Assembly (NCBI GenBank): GCA_963798845.1 | Contig: CAWCUS010000002.1 | Coordinates: forward strand, 834,058 to 898,057 | Length of the DNA stretch: 64,000 bases | Direction of reading: 5' to 3' | DNA from: an uncultured Gemmatimonadales bacterium | GTDB taxonomy: Bacteria; Gemmatimonadota; Gemmatimonadetes; Longimicrobiales; RSA9 | In this document: positions 1-8,018 of the stretch, in pieces | How the letters are laid out: each line of letters starts with the position of its first letter | Position numbering within the stretch: position 1 is the stretch's first letter | Position numbers and translations under genes: made by a program | The notes under the pieces: model-generated | The model's database searches: none | The model's input: the letters and a program-made list of their open reading frames with translations, nothing else | Told to the model about the DNA's origin: nothing

Positions 1-2
1 CT

Positions 3-386
3 GCGGCGGCCGGGATGGCCCGGCAGTTCTACGAGATCGGCCTCGAGCAGATCGACCGCGGAAACGCCAAGACGGCAAGGAACGCGTTCCAGATGGTCGT
101 GGACAGCTTCCCGACCGATCCAGTGGCGGCGGACGCCCAGCGGCAGATTGGGGAGACGTACGTGATGGAGAAGTCGTACGACCAGGCGCTGAAGGCGTTC
201 GAGCGCGTGGTCGAGCGCTACCAGAGCTCCGACGCGGCGCCGCGGGCGCTTTACCGCGCCGGGGTGGTGGCGGAGGAGCGGGGCAGCACGTCCAAGGCCC
301 GTCAATACTACCAGCGCGTGATCTCCGGCTATCCCGGCTCGGATGCGCGAAGGATGGCCGAGGAGGCGCTGGCCAGGCTGCAGTAG
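3..386 (+). CDS. TPR protein, CpoB/YbgF (tol-pal associated)-like C-terminal part; 5'-truncated by the window edge
   Basis: Frame is open from base 3. Three TPR-like repeats with FPTDPVAADAQ, YQSSDAAPRALYRAG and YPGSDARRMA, typical of CpoB/BamD-type TPRs. Confidence 0.7.
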   Translation, partial: AAAGMARQFYEIGLEQIDRGNAKTARNAFQMVVDSFPTDPVAADAQRQIGETYVMEKSYDQALKAFERVVERYQSSDAAPRALYRAGVVAEERGSTSKARQYYQRVISGYPGSDARRMAEEALARLQ

Positions 387-591
387 CGGAGGAAGCAGCG
401 CTCCGCGCTCTTCGCGCCTGCGCGTGAGAGGCAGCTCTCTGCAGCCTCCGCGCCTTGCAGATGGAACAGGGCCGCGCGCCGGGGCGTAGGAAAGCGGGAA
501 AATCGAATCGGAGCGGGACGAGCCAGATCGGGGCGCCCGGCGGAGTCGCTCTCCCGCCGGGCGCCGTCGTCATGAAAGCGGACGGAGAAGC

Positions 592-1083
592 ATGCGCTGT
601 CCATACTGCCACGAGACGGAGGACCGGGTCGTGGACTCGCGGACGAGCCGCGAGGGTCGGGCGGTCCGGCGTCGCCGGGAGTGCCTGGCGTGCAGCGGCC
701 GCTTCACCACGTACGAAGTGGTGGAGGAGCGGCCGCTGCAGGTGATCAAACGGGACGGGACGGTGGAGGAGTTCGACCGGGAGAAGCTGCTGCGCTCGAT
801 CCGGCTGCCGTGCGTGAAGCGGCCGATCACGGAGGCGGAGGTGGAGGCGATGGTGGACGCCGCCGAAGACGCGCTGGGGGAGCGGGACCAGGTGTCTACG
901 GGGGAGCTGGGGGAGATGGTGATGGGGCAGTTGAGAGAGAAGGATTACGTCGCCTACGTCCGCTTCGCGTCGGTGTACCGGAACTTCCAGGACATCGATG
1001 AGTTCGTGGAGGAGCTCGAGGACCTGACCGAGGCGAGAGCGCGGCTGGAGCGTCAGAAGACGCAGGAGGAGCTGCCGCTCTGA
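592..1083 (+). CDS. nrdR: Transcriptional repressor NrdR
   Basis: MRCPYC...VVDSR...RRRRECLAC...RFTTYE zinc ribbon, ATP-cone (VIKRDG...FDREKL) and AYVRFASVY. Confidence 0.97.
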   Translation: MRCPYCHETEDRVVDSRTSREGRAVRRRRECLACSGRFTTYEVVEERPLQVIKRDGTVEEFDREKLLRSIRLPCVKRPITEAEVEAMVDAAEDALGERDQVSTGELGEMVMGQLREKDYVAYVRFASVYRNFQDIDEFVEELEDLTEARARLERQKTQEELPL

Positions 1084-1130
1084 GCGACGCGAGCTTCGGA
1101 TTCGTCCGGCGTCCCGGCGTCTCGGACGAG

Positions 1131-1907
1131 ATGCCGTTCCTGTCGCACCTCGAGGAGCTGCGCTGGCGCATCCTGTGGAGTCTCCTGGCGGTGGCCATCT
1201 GCACGGTGATCGGCTGGTTCCTGGTGACGCGCCTGGACGTCCTGGGCCTCCTCATCCGCCCGGTTCGGCCGCTTCTCGGCAACGGCAAGCTGGCGTACCT
1301 GTCGCCGGCCGATCCGTTCATGGTCACGCTCAAGCTCACGCTCGCCGTCGGCGTGGTGCTGGCGTCTCCCGCCGTGGTCTACCAGTTCTGGATCTTCCTC
1401 GCCCCGGCGCTCCACCCCCACGAGAAGCGCGCGCTCATCCCCGCGTTCGTCATGGGTTTCTTCCTCTTCGTGGGCGGGATGGCACTCGCGTACTTCGTGG
1501 CGCTGCCGCTCATGTTCGAGTTCTTCGCCGGGTTCCAGCAGCAGAGCCTGGAGCAGAACATCACCATCGGGCCGTACATGACCGTGGTGGTGCGGACGGT
1601 GCTGGCGTTCGGCATCGTGTTCGAGCTGCCCGTGGTCATCCTGGTGCTCTCGGTGCTGGGCATCGTGCACTCGAGCATGCTGAGGCGCGGACGGCGCTGG
1701 GCGGTGGTGATCATCACGGTGGTCGCCAGCGTCGTCACGCCCGGCGACGTCATCGTCCTCACCCTCTTCATGATGATCCCGCTCATCCTCCTCTACGAGG
1801 TCAGCATCGTGCTGGCGAAGGAGGTGGAGCGCCGGCGGGCGAAGCGGCGGGCCCGCGAAGAAGCGGAGCGGTCGGAAGACGAGGCGGAGACGTGGCCCGG
1901 CGTCTGA
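1131..1907 (+). CDS. tatC: Twin-arginine translocase subunit TatC
   Basis: MPFLSHLEELRWR start, YQFWIFLAPAL, FELP, VVTPGD, LLYE; six TM segments. Confidence 0.96.
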   Translation: MPFLSHLEELRWRILWSLLAVAICTVIGWFLVTRLDVLGLLIRPVRPLLGNGKLAYLSPADPFMVTLKLTLAVGVVLASPAVVYQFWIFLAPALHPHEKRALIPAFVMGFFLFVGGMALAYFVALPLMFEFFAGFQQQSLEQNITIGPYMTVVVRTVLAFGIVFELPVVILVLSVLGIVHSSMLRRGRRWAVVIITVVASVVTPGDVIVLTLFMMIPLILLYEVSIVLAKEVERRRAKRRAREEAERSEDEAETWPGV

Positions 1908-4862
1908 CGCCTCGGTGGGTGCGCAGCCGCGGCGCGCTGCCGGCGCTGCTGCTGGGCGTCGCGGCGACGGCGCTCGGACCGCTGCCGCTCCGGGCTCAGC
2001 AGCCGGACACCGCCAGGACGGACACGGTCCTCACCGTCCGTGAGCGGGCGCTCGCAAGGCTCCGTGCGCTGCCCACGACGCCGATCCAGCCGGACACGGC
2101 CGCCGCGGACACGCTGGCCGTCGACACGGTGGGCGCCGACACGCTGGCCCCGCCCGGTGCGCGCCCGACGGCGGTCCGGCCCTCGCCCGTGGACACCCTG
2201 GCCGGCGACACGGTCGTGGTCTTCCCCGCCGGCAATGCGGAGCCCCGAACCGCCGTCGTCCCGGCCGACTCGGTGCTCGGCGCGCTGGCGGCGCTCCCGG
2301 GGTACGTGACGACGGAGTACACGGGGGAGGCCGCGGTCTTCCAGGCAGACAGCAATCGGCTGCGCCTGACCGGGAAATCGAACGTGGCACGGGAGGGGAG
2401 CTCGCTTTCCACGGACTCCGTGCTGGTCTACGCGGGGGACACGGGGATCGTGTGCGGCTACGGAAAGCCGGTGCTGCAGGGGGAGGGGGAGGCCGAACCG
2501 GTGGAGAGCAACCGGGTGTGCTACGACATCAACCGCGACATCGGGATGGCCTCGGGGGCGACGACGAAGTTCGAACAGGGCGCGACCTGGTATGTCCGGG
2601 GTGCGGAGAACCGGGTGTACGTGCTGACGGGCGGCCCGGAAAAGGAGCTGTACGGACGAAAGGCGGAGTTCACTTCGTGCGACCTGCCGCAGCCGCACTA
2701 CGTCTTCGAAGCGCGCTCCCTGAAGATGGTGCAGGACCAGGTGATGGTGGCCCGCAACGTCACGCTGAAGTTCGAGGACGTGCCCGTGTTCTGGCTGCCC
2801 TGGATGGTCCAGAGCATGAAGCGGGACCGGAAGAGCGGGCTCCTCGTGCCGCAGTTCGGTGTGAACGACATCGTGCGCAACGGCCAGGGGTACAACCGCC
2901 ACATATCGAATCTAGGCTTCTACTGGGCGATCAACGACTACCTGAGCGCCCAGACCACGTTCGACTGGTTCGCCAGCAACTACACCGCCCTTCAGGCCGG
3001 CGTCAGCTACAAGGTGCTCCGACAGTTTCTCGACGGGAACCTGCAGGGCAAGGAGTTCTGGCGGCAGGGCGAGACAGGTGGGGGCGGGCGCGAGTTCACG
3101 CTCCACACGAACAACAGCTGGCAGCCGGACGAGCGGACCAACGTCACGGTGGCGGGCGACTACGCGAGCAGCACGCAGTTCGTCCGCCAGAACTCCTTCG
3201 ACCCGACGGAGCTGAACCGGCAGATCAAGCTCAACGCGGGCGTGCGCCGCAGCTTCTCCTGGGGCTCCAGCTCGCTGGGCTACCAGAACGCGAAGGACCT
3301 GAACACGGAAAAGCAGACCACCACCCTGCCGTCGTTCTCGGTCTCGGTGAACCCGAAGACGCTGTACAGCAACGCGGATGGCACGCTCAGCCTGTCGTGG
3401 AACGGGAGCGCGAGCGCCACTCGCCAGCTGGTGGACGTGCTGGAAGCCACGCTGCCGGGGCGGAACATCCGCGACCAGGAGACGGTGAGCGCGCGGGCCA
3501 ACCAGAGCTTCTCCTTCGGCAACCTGTCGGTGAGTCAGAGCATCGACTACCAGGACGCGTCGGTGGGGGTGAAGCCGCCCGTGTTCACCGAGACGGACAC
3601 GCTCGGCAACCCGTCGGATACGCTGCCGGCGTTCTCGTCTCAGCGCCTCCAGTGGCAGAGCAGCATCGGGTACCAGCAGAAGCTGTGGACCGGGACCCAG
3701 ATCACACCCTCGCTGTCGCTCTCCGGTGAGCAGGTGCGCGACACGCTCACCGCGGCCGGTTTCGTGTCCCGGCCGATGCAGATCTCGACCGGAGCGACGC
3801 TGCGCACGGACCTGTACGGCTTCTGGCCGGGCTTCGCGGGCTTCAGCCGGATCCGGCACAAGATCTCGCCCTCCCTGACCTGGCAGTACCGGCCCGCCCT
3901 CAACTCCACCCAGCAGCAGGACTCGGTGTTCGGGGTGTCCAACCTGAGGGAGGCGAACACGCTCACGCTCTCCTTCAACCAGACGTTCGAAGCCAAGGTG
4001 GCGGAGAGCGACACCATGGCCGCCGATACGGCCGCCGCGGACAGCACGGGCGCGGCGGGCGAGCCGCGGCGGCTGCCATCGGCGAGCAAGGTCATGCTCC
4101 TGGCGCTGAACACGAGCGGGCCGTTCACGTACGATTTCGTCGCGGCGAGGGAGGGGCGCCCCGCGTTCGTCACGGACCAGGTGACGAACTCGCTGCACTC
4201 CGACCTGCTGAAGAACCTCACGGTCAGCTTCACCCACGACCTGTTCGAAGGCGGCGAGACGCTGACCGACGGGACCACGGCAACGCGGCACTTCAGCCCG
4301 TTCCTCACCGCCATGAACGCATCGTTTTCCATCGACGACAATTTCTGGCTATTCCGCTTCCTCGGTCTGGCCGGCGGGTCGGCGGCCGTGCAGGAGAAGG
4401 GGGAGGAGGAGCCGGTGGAGGAGGAGTCTCCGGCGGCGGAAGACCTGGGCGGGAGCGTGGGCGCGATCATGCCGGGCGGCACCAGTGGAAGGGCCGGGTT
4501 CCAGGGCGGCGGGCCCGTCGGCGGCTGGCGTGCACAGCTCAACTACTCGCTCAGCCGGACGCGTCCCAGCCTCCTGGGTTTTTCGCAGGAAAGCCAGAAT
4601 GCTCCAGGGGAACGTGTCGTTCCAGCCCACCGAGCACTGGAGCGTGAGCTGGCGCACCAGCTACTCGTTCACCGACCACGGCTTCGCCGACCACATCCTC
4701 ACACTGACCCGAGACCTCCACCGCTGGCAGGCGAACTTCGACTTCACCAAGGCGCAGAACGGCAACTTCTCCATGACCTTCCGCGTCCAGCTCCGGGACA
4801 ACCCGGACCTGAAGGTGGACTACAACCAGCACACCGACGTCACCCGGCAGACACCGCAATAG
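1892..4862 (+). CDS. lptD: Putative LPS-assembly protein LptD-like outer-membrane protein, with a +1 frame break near 4598
   Basis: GTG at 1892 gives a signal peptide (PLPLRA|QQP). FTSCDLPQPHY and VPVFWLP...RKSGLLVPQFG are LptD motifs, followed by beta-strand-rich sequence. The barrel C-terminus (MLQGNVSFQPTEHWSVSW...RDLHRWQANF...DLKVDY) lies in the next frame, 4599..4862. Start is uncertain. Confidence 0.75.
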
Positions 4863-4974
4863 CGCCGGCAGCCGAGTCCGACGTGCTCGCGGCCGGTCAC
4901 GGACACGGGAAGGCGCCACGGCCGGGGCCTGGCGACTGGCCGGGCCAAGGGCCGGTCCCTTACCTTCGCCCCCC

Positions 4975-6489
4975 ATGGACACACTCGAATTGCAGGGAGG
5001 CGGTCTCCGCCTCGAGGACGTCGAGCGAGTGGCGCGCGAAGACACGGTCGAGGTCCGTCTGTCGGAAAACGCTCGCGCGGCCATCCGGGCGGCCAGGGGT
5101 GTGGTGGAGCGGGCGCTGGAGGAGAACCGGGTGGTCTATGGCCTGACCACCGGCTTCGGCGCGCTGGCCGAGGTGGTGATCCCGCCGGACCGCATCGTCG
5201 AGCTGCAGCGCAACCTGATCCGGAGCCATGCCGCGGGCGTGGGGCCTCCGCTCCCGGAGCCGGAGGTCCGCGCGATCATGCTGCTGCGGGCGAACGTGCT
5301 GGCGCTGGGCCACTCCGGGGTCCGGGAAGTGGTCGTCGAGCGGCTGCTGGACCTCCTGAACGCCCGCATCCACCCGGTGGTTCCCAGCCGCGGCAGCGTG
5401 GGGGCGTCGGGCGACCTGGCTCCGCTCTCCCACATCGCCCTCGCGCTCATGGGGGAGGGGGAGGTGGTGGTGGAAGGCCGGAGGCGGGCGGCCGGCGAGG
5501 CCATGTCCCGCGCCGGGATCGAGCCGCTCCAGCTGCAGGCGAAGGAAGGGCTGGCGCTCAACAACGGCACGCAGGCGATGACGGGCGTGGGAGCGCTGGC
5601 GCTGCTCGCCGCCGAGCGGGCTGTGGAAGCCGCGGAAGTGGCGGGGGCGATGACGCTGGAAGCGCTCCGGGGCACGCCGACCCCGTTCGACGAAGCGATC
5701 CAGCGGGCGCGGCCCCAGCCCGGTCAGGCGGAGAGCGCGGCCCGGCTGCGGGGGCTGCTCCGGGACTCGGAGATCCGGGAGTCGCACCGGGACAATGATC
5801 CCCGTGTCCAGGACGCGTACTCGCTGCGCTGCATGCCTCAGGTGCACGGAGCCGCGAGGCAGGCGTTCACGTACGCCAGGCAGGTGCTGGAGGTGGAGGC
5901 GAACAGCGCGACGGACAACCCGCTCATCTTCCCGGAAGACGGCCGTATCCTGAGCGGCGGGAACTTCCACGGCCAGCCGGTTGCGCAGGTCTTGGACCTG
6001 GTGGCCATGGCGTGCGCGGACCTGGCGTCCATCAGCGAGCGGCGCCTGGCGCGCCTGGTGGACCCCGACCGCTCCGGTCTGCCGGCGTTCCTGGTCCGCG
6101 AGCCGGGAACCAACTCCGGGTTCATGATGCCGCAGATCGTGGCGGCCAGCCTGGTGAGCGAGATGAAGCAGCTCGCGTCGCCCGCCTCGGTGGACTCGAT
6201 CCCGACCGACGCGGACAAGGAGGACCATGTCTCCATGGGCATGACTGCCGCGCGCCAGGCACGCGACGCCGTGGCCCTGCTCGAGACCGTGGTGGCGCTC
6301 GAGCTCCTCGCCGCGGCGCAGGGGCTGGAGTTCCTCAAGCCCCTGCGCCCGGGAAGGGGCGTGGATGCCGCGTACCGGAAGCTGCGCCAGCGTGTTCCGC
6401 CGCTGGACCGGGACCGGGTGATGGGCCCGGACATCGAAGCCGCGGAGTCGCTGGTGAGGGGTGGCGAGCTGGTGGGGCTGTGGCGATGA
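4975..6489 (+). CDS. hutH: Histidine ammonia-lyase
   Basis: VYGLTTGFG, LIRSHAAGVG, MIO-forming GSVGASGDLAPL, VQDAYSLRCMPQVHG, GGNFHG; next to hutI. Confidence 0.95.
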   Translation: MDTLELQGGGLRLEDVERVAREDTVEVRLSENARAAIRAARGVVERALEENRVVYGLTTGFGALAEVVIPPDRIVELQRNLIRSHAAGVGPPLPEPEVRAIMLLRANVLALGHSGVREVVVERLLDLLNARIHPVVPSRGSVGASGDLAPLSHIALALMGEGEVVVEGRRRAAGEAMSRAGIEPLQLQAKEGLALNNGTQAMTGVGALALLAAERAVEAAEVAGAMTLEALRGTPTPFDEAIQRARPQPGQAESAARLRGLLRDSEIRESHRDNDPRVQDAYSLRCMPQVHGAARQAFTYARQVLEVEANSATDNPLIFPEDGRILSGGNFHGQPVAQVLDLVAMACADLASISERRLARLVDPDRSGLPAFLVREPGTNSGFMMPQIVAASLVSEMKQLASPASVDSIPTDADKEDHVSMGMTAARQARDAVALLETVVALELLAAAQGLEFLKPLRPGRGVDAAYRKLRQRVPPLDRDRVMGPDIEAAESLVRGGELVGLWR

Positions 6490-7715
6490 CCGACGCGGGG
6501 GCCGCGACGAAGCTGTTCGTGAACGCGGCGCAGGTGGTGACCTGCCGCGCCGCGGCGGAAACCGAGGTGCTGGCGCGCGCGAGCGTCGCCGTGGCCGGCA
6601 ACGCGATCGTGGCCGTGGGGCCGGAAGCCGAGCTGGCGTCCTCGAACCCTCACGCGGAGCGGGTGGACTGCGAAAACGGCGTGCTCACGCCCGGCCTCGT
6701 GGACTCACACAGCCACGCCGTCTTCGGCCGGTGGCGCGCGGACGAGTACGCGCTCCGATGCAGAGGCGTGCCATACATGGAGATCGCGCGGCGCGGCGGC
6801 GGGATCAACGCGTCGGTGCGGGACCTTCGCGAACGAAGCGAGGACGAGCTGGTGGCGCTGACGCGCGAGCGGCTGCGGGACGTGCTCGCCCTGGGCACCA
6901 CCACGCTGGAAGTGAAGAGCGGCTACGGCCTCACGGTGGAGGACGAGCTGAAGATGCTGCGCGTGATCCGCCGGCTGGACGAGGAGGGGCCGCTGGACCT
7001 CGTCGCCACCTTCCTCGGCGGCCACGAGGCTCCGCCCGAGTACCGGGACAGAAAGGACGACTATGTCGAGCTCGTCGCCACCGAGATGATCCCGGAAGTG
7101 GCGAGCGCGGGGCTGGCCCGCTTCTGCGACGTGTTCATGGAGCCCGGCGTGTTCGACGCCCGCCAGAGTCGGCGGATCCTGGAAGCCGGCCTCGATCACG
7201 GTCTCACGCCGAAGGTCCACGCCGACGAGCTGGAAGCGTCCGGCGGCGCCGAGCTGGCCGTCGAGCTGGGCGCCGCCTCCGCCGACCACCTGGGCCGGGT
7301 CAGCGACGCGGGCATCGAGGCGCTGGCCGGCTCCGACACCGTCGCCACGCTGCTCCCGGGAACGCTCTTCTTCCTCGGCAGGAAACACTACGCTCCCGCC
7401 CGAAAGCTGCTGGATGCCGGCGCCACCCTGGCGCTGGCGACGGACTTCAATCCCGGATCCTCGCCTTCGCCCGGTCTTCCCCTGGTCACCACCGTCGCCT
7501 GCTCGCAGATGGGCATGGACCCCCTGGAGGCGCTCGTCGCGGCCACGCACGGCGGCGCTCGCGCGCTCCGGCTCCCGCCAGGGGCGGGCACCGTGGACGT
7601 CGGCGCTCCCGCCGACCTGGTGCTCTGGGACGCGTCCGACTACCGGGAGATCCCGTACCGCTACGGAATCCGCCTGGCGCGACGGCTCTGGAAGCGCGGC
7701 CGGGAGGTGGCTTGA
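6486..7715 (+). CDS. hutI: Imidazolonepropionase
   Basis: PGLVDSHSH, GGGINASV, EVKSGYGL, FCDVF, KVHADE, SADHL, ATDFNPGS; ATGA overlap with hutH. Confidence 0.96.
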   Translation: MTDAGAATKLFVNAAQVVTCRAAAETEVLARASVAVAGNAIVAVGPEAELASSNPHAERVDCENGVLTPGLVDSHSHAVFGRWRADEYALRCRGVPYMEIARRGGGINASVRDLRERSEDELVALTRERLRDVLALGTTTLEVKSGYGLTVEDELKMLRVIRRLDEEGPLDLVATFLGGHEAPPEYRDRKDDYVELVATEMIPEVASAGLARFCDVFMEPGVFDARQSRRILEAGLDHGLTPKVHADELEASGGAELAVELGAASADHLGRVSDAGIEALAGSDTVATLLPGTLFFLGRKHYAPARKLLDAGATLALATDFNPGSSPSPGLPLVTTVACSQMGMDPLEALVAATHGGARALRLPPGAGTVDVGAPADLVLWDASDYREIPYRYGIRLARRLWKRGREVA

Positions 7716-7719
7716 GCGC

Positions 7720-7748
7720 TTGTTCCACGTCGCGCGCGGGAGTATCTT
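7720..7748 (+). promoter_or_regulatory. Putative sigma70-type promoter
   Basis: TTGTTC (7720-25), 17 nt, TATCTT (7743-48), directly after the hutI stop. Confidence 0.4.
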
Positions 7749-8018
7749 CCGTGCCATGATGACGCGGCTGTCCGACACGGTCCAGTGCGTGCGCGAGGGC
7801 CGGGCCCGGCAGCCGTGAAGCGCTCGCCCGGCTCCTCCCCGGTTCACCGGGAGTCCCTCTTGCGACGACGACGCGCGCTGGGCCGGATCGTGGGAGTTCC
7901 CCGGTCCGGGTGGGCGGACAACGGGCTTCCCCCGGTTGCTCGTTCGGAGGCAGAGCCATTGACCCGGCAGGCCGCAAGGCTGGTCGGCGTTTCGAGTGCA
8001 TCCTACGATCGAGATTGA

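Noticed and set aside
386..400. GGAAGCAGC resembling the SRP RNA domain IV
   Set aside because: The upstream CAGGTCCGGAA part and matching helix are absent.
1892..1930. MARRLT as a Tat signal next to tatC
   Set aside because: No S/T-R-R-x-F-L consensus, the start is uncertain, and beta-barrels normally use Sec.
4576..4582. G_GGT_TTT as a programmed -1 frameshift heptamer
   Set aside because: Restoring the gene needs a +1 shift, not -1.
1175..5146. 1323-aa ORF as one protein
   Set aside because: Its first 240 aa are an alternative frame of tatC and its tail results from the frame break near 4598.
7721..7736. parS-like TGTTCCACGT
   Set aside because: Only the left part matches; the right arm (CGCGCG) breaks the palindrome.
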